Positions 29,222-40,039 of a stretch of DNA of 64,000 nt are shown here, piece by piece (positions within the stretch are counted from its first letter, which is position 1; each line of letters begins with the position of its first letter). This stretch comes from Bacteroidota bacterium (lineage in GTDB: Bacteria; Bacteroidota; Bacteroidia; AKYH767-A; 2013-40CM-41-45): contig QQVM01000017.1 of assembly GCA_003389385.1 (NCBI GenBank), forward strand, positions 10,443-74,442, in the 5' to 3' direction. Both the position numbers and the translations under genes were made by a program. Below the pieces are notes generated by a model that ran no database searches, was not told where the DNA came from, and worked only from the letters and a program-made list of their open reading frames with translations.

Positions 29222-30034
29222 TTAAAGTTTCGCCAGTAACTGGCTTATTACATCCGTCATCTTTCCTTCAGATGCATTTGCCACTCTTAGGACTTCTTCA
29301 TGACTTATCTTTTCAACGTGTTCGAATCCTCCTAAGTCTGTGACAATGGAAATCGCAAAACATGGTATACCTGCGTGTCTGGCAACTATAACTTCCGGCA
29401 CAGTGGACATGCCCACAATGTCTGCTCCGATGATTCTAAGAAAGCGATACTCTGCCGGTGTTTCAAAACAGGGGCCCGAAACCCCTGCGTAAACTCCTTT
29501 GTGTACCCTGTATCCTGCAGCACTGGCAATTTCATAGGCGGCTTGTACGGATTTTGATTCGTATGCTTCACTCATATCAGGAAATCTCGGACCAAGTTCG
29601 TCTTCATTTTTTCCGATGAGCGGATTCGAAGGCATTAAGTTTATCTGATCTTGTATAATCACTATGTCGCCAACCTTATAATCCGGATTCATTCCTCCGC
29701 TGGCATTCGAAAGAAGGAGTTGCCTGATGCCAAGTTCTATCATCACGCGAATTGGAAATGTAACTTCCTGCATACTATAGCCTTCGTAGTAATGAAATCT
29801 TCCCTGCATGGCGATCACTTTTTTTCCTGCAAGAGTGCCCAGGATAAGTTTCCCCCCATGTCCCTTTACAGTGCTTAAAGGAAAGTTGGGTATATCTGAG
29901 TATTCAAAACTAAACTCCTCCCGAACCTCCTGAACCAGTCCCCCGAGTCCGCTTCCCAGCACAATGCCGTATTCCGGATTGAAACTTGTTTTGCTTCGTA
30001 TAAAATCAGCTGTGCTTTTGATTTTCTCTAACAT
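29222..30034 (-). CDS. Purine nucleoside phosphorylase (PNP/MTAP family I)
   Basis: GIVLGSGLGGL...GHGGKLILG...LSNASGG match the conserved trimeric PNP phosphate- and ribose-binding segments. Confidence 0.7.
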   Translation of the reverse strand: MLEKIKSTADFIRSKTSFNPEYGIVLGSGLGGLVQEVREEFSFEYSDIPNFPLSTVKGHGGKLILGTLAGKKVIAMQGRFHYYEGYSMQEVTFPIRVMIELGIRQLLLSNASGGMNPDYKVGDIVIIQDQINLMPSNPLIGKNEDELGPRFPDMSEAYESKSVQAAYEIASAAGYRVHKGVYAGVSGPCFETPAEYRFLRIIGADIVGMSTVPEVIVARHAGIPCFAISIVTDLGGFEHVEKISHEEVLRVANASEGKMTDVISQLLAKL

Positions 30035-31085
30035 AATTCATGATTAATTTATCGAACACTTCCTGTTCGTGATGAATAACCGTTTCAATGGGTAGGTAAA
30101 AAACGGGCAGGTTCTTTATCTGAATTTCAACCTCCGGATTTCGCAAACGCATAGCATCTTTTTCGGTAGTCACAATGATCTTGCTCGGGTTGGCAATTTG
30201 TCCGAATTTTTCTTTTATAATCTGTATGTCCCTCTCATTGAATTCGTGATGATCAGGAAATGTGAGTATCTCAATCTTGTCCGACAACCTCCTGAGGTGT
30301 GCGATCATTCCGGCAGGATTCGCGATGCCAGTGACCAGAAGTATGGTATATCGTTTTTCAAGATAATAATCCGCACTCATGAACATACCCTGCTTTTCAG
30401 CATTGAGTCTTACGAATTCACCATAACGGATGAAAGAGAAAAAAACTTTTTGATCCGGAGTATGCTTCACTTGTTCCAGGATTCTTTTTTTCTCAATCGG
30501 AACGAGGATGTTTGGTGATTTGGATATGACAATTATGTCGGCCCTCTTCATCCCTGATTTCCATTCTCGCATATTACCGGCCGGCAATAGTGGTTCATTC
30601 CTGAACATACTGTCGTATTCCATCAGCAGTATTTGAAGACCTGGCTTTATTTTTCTGTGCTGATATGCATCGTCCATTAAGATAACTTCTGGCGGCTTAC
30701 TCATCATCATCAGTCTCTTCACCGCATCTACACGGTCTTCACCCACACTCACCATGATATTGCCGAATTTGCTGTGATACTGCATCGGCTCATCCCCGAT
30801 CATATGTGTTCCCGAAGGATCTGATACAAGAATGAATCCGCTGGTCTTCCTTCCATATCCGCGGCTGAGTGTGGCAATTCTATACTCGTCCTTCAATAAC
30901 CTGATCAGATATTCCACATGAGGTGTTTTTCCAGTTCCGCCTGTACTCATATTTCCAACAGAAATGATCGGAAGCGGAAAAGAATATGACTTCAAAATCC
31001 CTTTATCAAAGAGAAAATTGCGAATGCCAACTACCAGGCCGTAAATGAGGGAAAACGGCCAAAGCAGTCGCCGTAAAGTATGCAT
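30006..31085 (-). CDS. lpxK: Tetraacyldisaccharide 4'-kinase
   Basis: P-loop ISVGNMSTGGTGKTP is characteristic of LpxK; about 359 aa. Confidence 0.65.
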   Translation of the reverse strand: MHTLRRLLWPFSLIYGLVVGIRNFLFDKGILKSYSFPLPIISVGNMSTGGTGKTPHVEYLIRLLKDEYRIATLSRGYGRKTSGFILVSDPSGTHMIGDEPMQYHSKFGNIMVSVGEDRVDAVKRLMMMSKPPEVILMDDAYQHRKIKPGLQILLMEYDSMFRNEPLLPAGNMREWKSGMKRADIIVISKSPNILVPIEKKRILEQVKHTPDQKVFFSFIRYGEFVRLNAEKQGMFMSADYYLEKRYTILLVTGIANPAGMIAHLRRLSDKIEILTFPDHHEFNERDIQIIKEKFGQIANPSKIIVTTEKDAMRLRNPEVEIQIKNLPVFYLPIETVIHHEQEVFDKLIMNYVRENQKHS

Positions 31086-31153
31086 GGGGCAAATTTATAA
31101 AAATTGAATAATTGCATTTTTTTGTAGTATTGAGGGTTAATATTCAATGAAAA

Positions 31154-32248
31154 ATGAAAATCAAGGAATTGACAGCCTGGCTTGAATCGATTGCCCCGCT
31201 TTCATTGCAGGAATCTTATGACAATGCCGGACTCATTACCGGAAACCCAGAAACTGAGATTACAGGAGTCTTGGTTTGCCTGGATAGCACTGAGGAAATC
31301 GTCATGGAGGCTGTAAGAAATAAGTGCAACCTGATTGTTGCGCATCACCCAATCGTTTTCAGCGGACTGAAAAAAATCAACGGTAAAAACTATGTGGAGA
31401 GAACGGTGATTCAGGCAATACGGAACGACATTGCAATCTACGCTATCCACACTAATCTTGATAATGTTTATCAGGGTGTCAATCAGAAAATCGCAAACAA
31501 GATCGGACTGAAAAATCTAGGTATTCTCACACCTAAAAAAGCCATGCTTCGCAAACTTTCTGTCTTTGTTCCGGAAAAAAATTCTGAAGATCTCAGATCT
31601 GCCTTGTTTGCAGCCGGAGCAGGTAATATCGGCAATTATGACTCCTGCAGTTTTAATGTCAGTGGTATTGGTACTTTTAGGGGAAATGAAGACTCGAACC
31701 CGGCTATCGGTGAGAAGGGACAGTTACAGAAGGAGGCAGAACAGAAAGTGGAGGTGATATTTGAAGCCTGGAAAGAGAGGCATATCCTTTCGGCCATGAA
31801 GAATGTTCATCCATATGAGGAAGTGGCCTATGATGTCTATTCGCTTGAAAACGAGTATCAATATGTTGGGTCAGGCATGATCGGTGAACTTGAATCCGAA
31901 ATGGAGGAGGATGCTTTTTTATTGCATCTGAAAAGGAGCATGAAAGCCCAATGTGTCAGGCACACCCAATTTTTAAGAAAAAAAGTGAGAAAAGTGGCAA
32001 TTTGCGGTGGATCAGGGAGTTTCCTGCTTCAGGATGCCATCCGCCAAGGTGCAGACTGCTTTGTTTCAGGTGATTTTAAGTATCACCAGTTCTTTGATGC
32101 CGATGGCAAAATTTTGATTGCCGACATTGGTCATTATGAAAGCGAACAATTCACAATGGAGCTGCTTAAAGACTTGATTCTGAAAAAAAATACTAAATTT
32201 GCCGTCCGGTTGACGGAGCTTGACACAAATCCGGTGAATTATATCTGA
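31154..32248 (+). CDS. Nif3-family dinuclear metal center protein (YqfO/YbgI-like)
   Basis: N-terminal Nif3 signature (LVCLDSTEEIVMEAVRNKCNLIVAHHPIVF); 364 aa with a PII-like insert. Confidence 0.7.
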   Translation: MKIKELTAWLESIAPLSLQESYDNAGLITGNPETEITGVLVCLDSTEEIVMEAVRNKCNLIVAHHPIVFSGLKKINGKNYVERTVIQAIRNDIAIYAIHTNLDNVYQGVNQKIANKIGLKNLGILTPKKAMLRKLSVFVPEKNSEDLRSALFAAGAGNIGNYDSCSFNVSGIGTFRGNEDSNPAIGEKGQLQKEAEQKVEVIFEAWKERHILSAMKNVHPYEEVAYDVYSLENEYQYVGSGMIGELESEMEEDAFLLHLKRSMKAQCVRHTQFLRKKVRKVAICGGSGSFLLQDAIRQGADCFVSGDFKYHQFFDADGKILIADIGHYESEQFTMELLKDLILKKNTKFAVRLTELDTNPVNYI

Positions 32249-32303
32249 TTATTCAACATAATATCCAGAACATTTTCAACACCATCCATATATTTCAAAC
32301 CTT

Positions 32304-33320
32304 ATGGCAACCAAGAAGAGTGCAGGCAAATCATCAGCTGTAAAAAAAGCTCCGGTTAAAAAAGCGGCAAAAAGTACTGCCACGAAAACCAAAAGCTCTT
32401 CGAAAAATGAAGTAAAAGAATCAACTAAAAATAAAAAAGACGTGAGTTTATCTAAAATCGGAAAGGCAAAGTTAAAGAGCAAGGAACAGATCGCTTTCAA
32501 GCCAAGGAAAATTGAAAAAATTATTGACGTGGCACGGCTTGAAAAAAAGCTGAATGAAATCATGGAACTGGATCACACTGAGTTTACAGTGGAAGAAAAA
32601 TTGAAGGCGCTTTATATTTTACAGGAGATTGATTCAAACATTGATAAAATAAGAACCATTCGCGGAGAACTTCCAATGGAAGTGACGGATCTTGAGGATG
32701 AAATTGCAGGATTGAACACAAGAGTGGAAAATATCAATGAGGATATTGCCACTACCGAAGATCAAATCAGCAAGAAGCAACAGGCTATCAAGGAAGCGAA
32801 AGACCAGATAAAAAAATACGAAGCACAGCAGGGCAAAGTGAAAAACAACAGGGAGTTCGATAGCCTGAACAAGGAAATCGAGTTTCAAACACTGGAAATT
32901 CAGCTGGCAGAGAAAAGAATTAAGGAGTTCACAGCTGAAGGGATTTCAAAAAATGCTGTTAGGGAAGAAGCTCAGTCTGTTCTTGATGAAAAAAATGCAG
33001 TTCTGAAGCTGAAAAAGGCCGAGCTTGAAAGCATCATTGAAGAGACACAGAAGGAAGAGGAACAACTGGAAAAAATCTCTCAAAAGGCGCGTACGATAAT
33101 TGACGAAAGACTGCTTACTGCTTATACACGTGTCAGATCCAATGCCAGAAATGGCTTGGGTGTGGTAGCAATCCAGCGTGATGCCTGCGGAGGCTGCTTT
33201 AATAAAATCCCCCCTCAAAGGCAGCTGGACATTCGTCAGCACAAGAAAGTGATCGTTTGCGAGCATTGCGGAAGAATTCTTGTAGATCCTACCATCGCGG
33301 AAGAAGAGACAGTGAGTTAA
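32304..33320 (+). CDS. C4 zinc-ribbon coiled-coil protein (the Nif3-associated partner) with a histone H1-like Lys/Ala-rich N-terminus
   Basis: C-terminal CGGCFNKIPPQ...CEHCGRIL zinc ribbon; long coiled coil; N-terminus KKSAGKSSAVKKAPVKKAAKSTATKTK. Confidence 0.55.
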   Translation: MATKKSAGKSSAVKKAPVKKAAKSTATKTKSSSKNEVKESTKNKKDVSLSKIGKAKLKSKEQIAFKPRKIEKIIDVARLEKKLNEIMELDHTEFTVEEKLKALYILQEIDSNIDKIRTIRGELPMEVTDLEDEIAGLNTRVENINEDIATTEDQISKKQQAIKEAKDQIKKYEAQQGKVKNNREFDSLNKEIEFQTLEIQLAEKRIKEFTAEGISKNAVREEAQSVLDEKNAVLKLKKAELESIIEETQKEEEQLEKISQKARTIIDERLLTAYTRVRSNARNGLGVVAIQRDACGGCFNKIPPQRQLDIRQHKKVIVCEHCGRILVDPTIAEEETVS

Positions 33321-33351
33321 ATCTCCGCTGAATTTTATTAAATCTAAAATT

Positions 33352-33390
33352 AAGAGACCGGCTTTTGCGTGGTCTCTTTTTTTATTTTTA
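33352..33390 (+). terminator. Rho-independent terminator
   Basis: Stem aagagacc / ggtctctt followed by ttttttattttt. Confidence 0.55.
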
Positions 33391-33394
33391 GTGC

Positions 33395-34894
33395 ATGGCA
33401 TTCGGTCGACTCCTTTTCATCTTTTTTTTCCTAATTTCTGCTGATGTACATGCATATTATCTTTTCAATGAGAAGGTCCGTAATGCATACAAGGAAATTA
33501 TTTCATTGAGATTGGATCATGGCGCACTATTGCTTGAAGATGTGAAAAGGCAGCAGCCCGGTAACACTATCGTCTTCCTCTATGAAAACTATATTGATTT
33601 TCTCAAAGCTTTCATCAGTGAGGATGAAGGTCAGTTTAAAGCTTTCAAGAAAAATTCTGCTCTGCGTCTCAAGCAACTGGAGAGACACGGAACGGAGTCG
33701 GCCTCACCGTTCCATTTATATGCTATTTCCGAGATTCTTCTTCAGGAAGCAATGCTCAAGTTGAAATTCAAAGAGTACATCACCGGTGCAAACGACATAA
33801 GAAAATCTTATAAGTTAATCGAAAGAAACAAAGCAGTATATCCAACTTTCCTTCTGAATAAAAAGTTAAGCGGCTTTATTCACACTCTCGTAGGCGCAGT
33901 GCCGAAAGATTACCGTTGGCTTGTCGATATGGTCGGAATGAAAGGTACAATTCCTCTGGGTACTGAAGAACTAAAATCACTCTATGTCCTTCTGGGAAAT
34001 TCAGAATTTGAAGTGTATCGTGAAGAAGTGCTTTTTTACCTGAGCAACATACATAACTCTTTTGCAAAGAATGAAGCTCATGCGCATGAATTGCTTGGCT
34101 GGATGGAGTCTTATGCATCTGATAATACTCTGATTCGATATTGTTATGCAAATGTGGTGATGAAAATGGGCAGGAATGATGATGCATTCAGAATCCTTTC
34201 CTCAAAAAGCAATTCAGCAGGAGTGTTTCCCTTTTATTATCTCGACTACAAACTTGGATTGTCAAGGCTTAGAAAATTGGATCTGACAGCCGATGGTGAC
34301 ATTAAAAAGTTTATCAAGGCCTTTCCCGGAATGAACTACAGAAAAGCAGCATATCAAAAGCTTGCATGGATTGATTTTTTAAAAGGAGACTCTGTAGGCT
34401 ATAGGAAGAATATGAATACAATTCTGTCAGTAGGAGTGAGCAATGTGGATGAAGACAAGGAAGCGCACACAGAAGCTTCCACCGGAGAGTACCCCAATCC
34501 AATATTGCTCCGATCTCGCCTTTTATTCGATGGCGGTTATTACATGCAATCCTGGAATGAAATCACATCGGCAAAAGTTAAAGCATTCCCCTTGTTCCGC
34601 GATCAACTGGAACTCACATACCGCCTTGGCCGCATCATGCACAAACTGAAATTTACTGAAAAAGCAATTCATTATTATTCTCAGACACTGAGGAATGGTG
34701 AAAAGGCCAGATATTATTTTGCGGCCAACAGCTCATTGCTAATAGGAAACATCCATGAAGATGAAGGCGCTTTTGATTTGGCCAGGAAGTACTATGAAAA
34801 ATGCCTTTCAATTCGCGGACATGATTACCAAAACAGCATAGACCAAAAAGCTCAGGCGGGAATTGACCGGCTCAATGCGATGACGTCAAAATAA
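33395..34894 (+). CDS. Secreted TPR-like repeat protein
   Basis: Signal peptide; helical-repeat composition including a C-terminal TPR-like segment (YYEKCLSIRGHDYQ). Confidence 0.4.
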   Translation: MAFGRLLFIFFFLISADVHAYYLFNEKVRNAYKEIISLRLDHGALLLEDVKRQQPGNTIVFLYENYIDFLKAFISEDEGQFKAFKKNSALRLKQLERHGTESASPFHLYAISEILLQEAMLKLKFKEYITGANDIRKSYKLIERNKAVYPTFLLNKKLSGFIHTLVGAVPKDYRWLVDMVGMKGTIPLGTEELKSLYVLLGNSEFEVYREEVLFYLSNIHNSFAKNEAHAHELLGWMESYASDNTLIRYCYANVVMKMGRNDDAFRILSSKSNSAGVFPFYYLDYKLGLSRLRKLDLTADGDIKKFIKAFPGMNYRKAAYQKLAWIDFLKGDSVGYRKNMNTILSVGVSNVDEDKEAHTEASTGEYPNPILLRSRLLFDGGYYMQSWNEITSAKVKAFPLFRDQLELTYRLGRIMHKLKFTEKAIHYYSQTLRNGEKARYYFAANSSLLIGNIHEDEGAFDLARKYYEKCLSIRGHDYQNSIDQKAQAGIDRLNAMTSK

Positions 34895-34942
34895 AAAAGC
34901 TCATGTGTTTCGAACATGAGCCTGGCTATGATTAAAGTTTAT

Positions 34943-36403
34943 TTAAAATTTCACTCCGAATGTCATAGTGAAATTGTTTGAGCTCACTTTGTTTATCACT
35001 CCCGGAACATTTTCGCTGCTCAATGTATAAGGCTGATAGTACTCGTCGCTGGTTCCGTAAAAATAACCGAAGTCGACAAAAATATTGTTGTCGCGAATTC
35101 CGAACCCTCCTCCAAAATTCTTCGCCGAAAAATCTGATCCTCCTGCTTTAAACCTTGAATTCACAGGAGAACTAGTGAAGGCTGCCCCGCCGCGAACACT
35201 GTAGTTTCCATATCTCCATTCTGCACCAAGTCTTACCGTTGAATGTTCCTGGTATTTTTTTCTGATAGCGTCATTTACACTGTTGAAGCTGAAGCCTGGA
35301 GCACTGATTCTCGCCTGGCTTATATCGCTGAATTCATATTCTGCACTCAGTAATCCGTGCTTTCCAAAGATGAATGCGATGCTCCCAATCGCTTTGAATG
35401 GTGAAGTGAATTCATAGTCGAATTCTCCGAGAGGAGACTGTTTTGTCGCGGCAAATCCACTGTCGAATTTAGCCGACATGTCTGAATTGTATTTGTCGTT
35501 CATGTCGTACCATGTGGGTGTGTGAATAGCTGCTCCAAATCTCAGCCAGTCATTCGCACGGTATATCATCCCAAACTTGAAATTAAATCCAAGTCCCTTC
35601 GTAGTGAGATTCTGATTGAAAGAAAAGAAGCTCAGTGAGTCTACAAGCTGGTCACGGTCAACTTCCTCGTATGTAACTTCATCTATGTATCGGATGGATG
35701 CGAAACCAAGTGATCCGCCTATGTAAAGCCGGTTGCTGTAATTGGCTCCCATGCTGAAGTTGACTTCTCCCATTGAGCCGCGTGACTCAGCACTTCTGAT
35801 CTGCAATACATTTCCGTCAGATACTTCTGCGCTGTAATTATTTGATGCATCCGGATTGATAAGATAGGTGTAATATGCAAGTTGCTCATTGAACTGATCA
35901 AGGTCATCGAAGTTCAGGCCCTGAGCTCTTTGCGCCCAACTTTGCGTGATTGAATTTTCTGTGTTAAAACCTTCATAACTGAAACGGTTATGGAAGTTGT
36001 TAAGACGATTGTAGCCGAATCCGAAGTTCCAGCTTTTCCAGCCCGGACTTGCATCATCCCTGCTTAAGCTTTGTGTGGTTACTACACCAATATTTCCGAA
36101 ATTGAAATTAAATTTATTTTCATCAATCTTGTTGCCTAAAAAGCTTGCATCAGTGGAGCCAGAATATATTGAGGGGCTGAAGGTGAATTCACCACCTCGG
36201 AAGATTGCTATTCCTGCAGGATTGGAAGCCAGAGTGGAAAAGTCTCCGCCAAGTGCGCCAAAGGCTCCGCCCATGCTGATGGAACGCGCGGTTCCGGCTG
36301 TGGACGCTCTCGAAAATCGAAATGCATCAATGTCGGTTTGGGCAAATGCTAAACAGGGAAGTGCAATTAATAGTGTTGAAATTAAATAGATCTGATATTT
36401 CAT
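34943..36403 (-). CDS. Outer-membrane beta-barrel channel, FadL/OmpP1 family-like
   Basis: After the signal peptide the N-terminus ARSISMGGAFGALGGDFSTLASNPAGIA matches the FadL-family start (MGGAf.A..dDasA..yNPAgla); it ends in an aromatic residue (VKF). I moved the start to the ATG at 36403. Confidence 0.55.
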   Translation of the reverse strand: MKYQIYLISTLLIALPCLAFAQTDIDAFRFSRASTAGTARSISMGGAFGALGGDFSTLASNPAGIAIFRGGEFTFSPSIYSGSTDASFLGNKIDENKFNFNFGNIGVVTTQSLSRDDASPGWKSWNFGFGYNRLNNFHNRFSYEGFNTENSITQSWAQRAQGLNFDDLDQFNEQLAYYTYLINPDASNNYSAEVSDGNVLQIRSAESRGSMGEVNFSMGANYSNRLYIGGSLGFASIRYIDEVTYEEVDRDQLVDSLSFFSFNQNLTTKGLGFNFKFGMIYRANDWLRFGAAIHTPTWYDMNDKYNSDMSAKFDSGFAATKQSPLGEFDYEFTSPFKAIGSIAFIFGKHGLLSAEYEFSDISQARISAPGFSFNSVNDAIRKKYQEHSTVRLGAEWRYGNYSVRGGAAFTSSPVNSRFKAGGSDFSAKNFGGGFGIRDNNIFVDFGYFYGTSDEYYQPYTLSSENVPGVINKVSSNNFTMTFGVKF

Positions 36404-36504
36404 AATTATTGATTTTTTAAAAAAGCCCGCATGTAATTTTCTCTCTTTCACATGCGGGCGGGGAAACACAACATTTGACAAACTAACTAAACAGGTGGGG
36501 TAAA

Positions 36505-38340
36505 TTATCTTGGTCCGCGGCTCTTTTGTTCACTCTGTTGGTAAGACCTGGATGGTGTGGATGGCGTGGAAGGAGCATTGTAATTCTGCGGAGCCGGAGC
36601 TGAATAATTTTCCTGCTTGTATTGTCTTGGTTCATTCCGGGGTTGCACTACAGGCGCTTTTGGTTCGGAACGGGAATTGTAACGACTGTTTGAATTGTCC
36701 CTGGAAGGATTGCGGTATTCATTCTGCTTTCCTTCATTCAGATTCGGACTGCTCATCTCATAACGCTTTTCCTGACGCGGAGGCGTGCTATAACTTTCGC
36801 GAGGATTCACAGATGGATTGCGGTCTTCATACTGACGGCTTTTGGTGTCAGGTGACGGTGTCTGATAACTGTTCCTCCTTGGTGTATCAGTTTCTTTTCT
36901 CTCCGGTTGAACTGCAGGTTGCCTTGTAGGAGTCCTTTCAGGTGTTCCTTGTATTTCTCCGGATCGGTTGGAAGGAGACCTCTCTTGATTTATTCTCGGA
37001 TTTGATGGCCTTGCGTCAGGTTTGGAAGGATTGCTCCTTTGATTGAAATCATCCTGTGGGGAAGGACGCGTATCAGGTCTCGGAGTACCTTTGATATTCA
37101 TATCCTGGTTACGCTGTGGTTCAACATTCTTTCTCGGACTTATCGGGTTGGTTTTTTCATCAGAAGGAGCTGGACTTACTTCATTTTTTCTTACAGGACT
37201 TGTATTCATTTCTCCTGAATTGTCAGGTCTTCCTGTTCCTTTGTCTGGATTCACTCCATTTTCATTCTTATCACTGATAATACCTTTGGATGGCCTTGAA
37301 TCAGGGGTTGTGAATTCGTCAGATTTACCCTGCTTCACACCGGTGTTTATCTCACCGGATTTTCCTGAATCAACAGGTTTCATGTTGTTGTTTCTGTCAG
37401 GATTGCTTTCACCCATTCCAGCCTTCGGATTTTTTGGTGAGCTCATTTCAGGTCTGATGCTTTCACGGCTGTCCATAACAGGTGTTGATGGAATCCTGCC
37501 TTGCTGAAGTGCTGATTCATACTTCTGTCCAAGCGTAGTTTGAACAGGGCTTCCTAAATGTCCTGATCCGCGAGGACTGTTGCCGCTGCTACCTGATCCG
37601 CGAGGACCGTAATAATAGCTGCTCGCATCGTAGGAATTATAGTAATAAGGATTGTATGGATTGCCGTAATATCCGTGCTGATAACCGTGGTAGTATCCAT
37701 GGTGGTATCCGTGATGATAAGATCCGTAATATCCGAATGGATAACTGTGGTAATAAAAGCTGCTGTGAGGATAGTACCAGTCGCTATACCATGGAGAATG
37801 CCAGTAAGAATAAACCGGATGATAGCTGAATCCGATTCCGCCGTAACAGAATGGCCTTGTATAATAATAAGAAGGCGCCCACCAGTTATATCCTAAATAA
37901 ATACTCACACCCCAAGAAGCAGGGGAGTAATCATACCAATAAGAATTTGTGTAAAACGGATCATAATAACCATATCCGTATGCAGGAGTGTAAAAGCGGC
38001 GAAGTTTAGCCGAATATGAGTAGTCGTAATAATCGTCGTTATAATAGTTGTTGGTTATATATGTGTTGCCCTTTTCGTCATTGTAACTTTCAGAATTGCT
38101 GTAATCCGGATCTCTGTTGTATCGCTGAGACTGATCCTGAACACCTGAACTGTATTCACTTCCTTCCTGAGAATATTGCTCAGTAGCCGAAGGTGCTGGC
38201 TGACTCACAGGAGCAGGCTTAGCATCGCTTGAACTGTAGTAGATGTCATCAGGTGCTGCATTGCCTGCCTGATAAACGGATGAGCAGGATGCGAACATCA
38301 TGCTGATCAGAGCGAAAAGAAGGAAGTGAAGCTTTTTCAT
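36505..38340 (-). CDS. Lipoprotein with an extreme Tyr/His/Gly-rich low-complexity region and a Pro/Ser/Asn/Arg-rich disordered tail
   Basis: Lipoprotein signal MKKLHFLLFALISMMFASC. There is a block of about 200 aa with a very high Tyr fraction and HGYHHGYYHGYQHGYY repeats, followed by about 330 aa of P/S/N/R/Q-rich sequence. I moved the start to the ATG at 38340. Confidence 0.5.
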   Translation of the reverse strand: MKKLHFLLFALISMMFASCSSVYQAGNAAPDDIYYSSSDAKPAPVSQPAPSATEQYSQEGSEYSSGVQDQSQRYNRDPDYSNSESYNDEKGNTYITNNYYNDDYYDYSYSAKLRRFYTPAYGYGYYDPFYTNSYWYDYSPASWGVSIYLGYNWWAPSYYYTRPFCYGGIGFSYHPVYSYWHSPWYSDWYYPHSSFYYHSYPFGYYGSYHHGYHHGYYHGYQHGYYGNPYNPYYYNSYDASSYYYGPRGSGSSGNSPRGSGHLGSPVQTTLGQKYESALQQGRIPSTPVMDSRESIRPEMSSPKNPKAGMGESNPDRNNNMKPVDSGKSGEINTGVKQGKSDEFTTPDSRPSKGIISDKNENGVNPDKGTGRPDNSGEMNTSPVRKNEVSPAPSDEKTNPISPRKNVEPQRNQDMNIKGTPRPDTRPSPQDDFNQRSNPSKPDARPSNPRINQERSPSNRSGEIQGTPERTPTRQPAVQPERKETDTPRRNSYQTPSPDTKSRQYEDRNPSVNPRESYSTPPRQEKRYEMSSPNLNEGKQNEYRNPSRDNSNSRYNSRSEPKAPVVQPRNEPRQYKQENYSAPAPQNYNAPSTPSTPSRSYQQSEQKSRGPR

Positions 38341-38463
38341 GGGTTTTCCCTTTCTGTTTATATCCACCGGATATTGATTTTTTAAGGGTGGATTAATTGT
38401 TTTACTTTTGTTTCCTATATTTTACAAACACCGTACCAAAACCAATCAGGAAGATAAATATAT

Positions 38464-39936
38464 ATGGCTAAAGACTTTCCTACCCGGGCTGAGAATTATG
38501 CGCAATGGTATCAGGATTTGGTTATTAAGGCCGATCTGGCGGAAAATTCGGCTGTTCGCGGATGCATGGTGATCAAGCCCTACGGCTATGCGATCTGGGA
38601 AAAAATGCAGGCGGTACTTGACCGCAAATTCAAGGAAACCGGACATTCCAATGCCTATTTCCCTCTGTTTATTCCAAAGTCTTTTTTCAGTAAAGAAGCT
38701 TCGCATGTTGAGGGCTTTGCCAAAGAATGTGCCATTGTCACGCATTACCGCTTGAAAAATGCAGAGGATGGTAACGGAGTCGTTGTTGATCCGGAAGCAA
38801 AGCTGGAGGAAGAACTCATTATTCGCCCTACATCAGAAACAATAATTTGGAATACATATCGGGGATGGATACAATCTTACCGTGATCTTCCGATTCTGGT
38901 TAACCAATGGGCTAATGTAGTGCGCTGGGAAATGCGTACTCGTCTTTTTCTGCGTACAGCCGAGTTTCTATGGCAGGAAGGTCATACTGCTCATGCTACT
39001 AAAGAAGAAGCGATCGAAGAAACTAAAAGGATGTTGGATGTCTATGCCGATTTCGTAGAGAATACCATGGCGGTTCCTGTGTACAAAGGAGTGAAGACAG
39101 CCAATGAAAGATTTGCAGGTGCCCTGGATACATATTGCATTGAAGCAATGATGCAGGACGGAAAAGCTCTGCAGGCTGGCACATCTCATTTCCTTGGACA
39201 AAATTTCGCCAAAGCATTTGATGTCAAATTTACAGGTAAAGACGGAAAACAGGATTTTGTCTGGGCTACATCATGGGGTGTGAGCACAAGACTCATGGGT
39301 GCTTTGGTGATGGCACATAGTGATGACGACGGACTAGTGCTGCCACCAAAGCTTGCGCCGATTCAGGTTGTAATTGTTCCTATTCACAAGAATGATGAGC
39401 AGCTTGCAGCCATAACTGTTGTGGCAAATAAAATTGTGGATGAACTGAAAAAACTTGGAATCTCTGTGAAGTATGACGACAGGGACACTCACAAGCCAGG
39501 ATGGAAATTTTCGGAATACGAATTCAAAGGTGTGCCAGTACGGGTTGCAATCGGTCCACGTGACCTTGAGAACGGAACTGTTGAAGTTGCAAGACGAGAC
39601 ACAAAAGAAAAAAGCGTGATGCAGCTGACTGATCTTACTCTGAAGATTTCGCACCTGCTTGATCACATTCAGGACAATCTGTATAAGAAAGCGCTCACCT
39701 TTCGTGAAGAGAATACCCATCATGCCGACAGTTACGATGAATTTAAGAAGAAGATAGAGCAGGGTGGATTTGTGATGGCACACTGGGACGGAACTACAGA
39801 GACGGAATTGAAGATTAAGGAAGAGACTAAAGCAACAATTCGTTGCATTCCGTTGAATGCCAAGAAGGAAAAAGGCAAGTGTATTTTTTCCGGGAATGAT
39901 TCAGAGCAAAGGGTGATTTTTGCACAGGCCTATTAA
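38464..39936 (+). CDS. proS: Proline--tRNA ligase (archaeal/eukaryote-type class II ProRS)
   Basis: N-terminal [42 protein letters not shown] is the conserved ProRS start; class II motifs are present; 490 aa. Confidence 0.85.
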   Translation: MAKDFPTRAENYAQWYQDLVIKADLAENSAVRGCMVIKPYGYAIWEKMQAVLDRKFKETGHSNAYFPLFIPKSFFSKEASHVEGFAKECAIVTHYRLKNAEDGNGVVVDPEAKLEEELIIRPTSETIIWNTYRGWIQSYRDLPILVNQWANVVRWEMRTRLFLRTAEFLWQEGHTAHATKEEAIEETKRMLDVYADFVENTMAVPVYKGVKTANERFAGALDTYCIEAMMQDGKALQAGTSHFLGQNFAKAFDVKFTGKDGKQDFVWATSWGVSTRLMGALVMAHSDDDGLVLPPKLAPIQVVIVPIHKNDEQLAAITVVANKIVDELKKLGISVKYDDRDTHKPGWKFSEYEFKGVPVRVAIGPRDLENGTVEVARRDTKEKSVMQLTDLTLKISHLLDHIQDNLYKKALTFREENTHHADSYDEFKKKIEQGGFVMAHWDGTTETELKIKEETKATIRCIPLNAKKEKGKCIFSGNDSEQRVIFAQAY

Positions 39937-40039
39937 GGACTGCTAATTAGGGATTCTGTTGAAGCCTGCCCGGGAAAAATAATTTTCATAAATTACAGGA
40001 TGAAATCCGGGAAATTGTCCCGGCTAAAATTGACTGAAT

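Noticed and set aside
36510-37896. Plus-strand ORFs (36510-36929, 37043-37507, 37675-37896) opposite the Tyr-rich lipoprotein gene
   Set aside because: These are shadow frames produced by low-complexity, compositionally biased coding DNA on the minus strand. They have no signal peptides or starts with RBS-like context.
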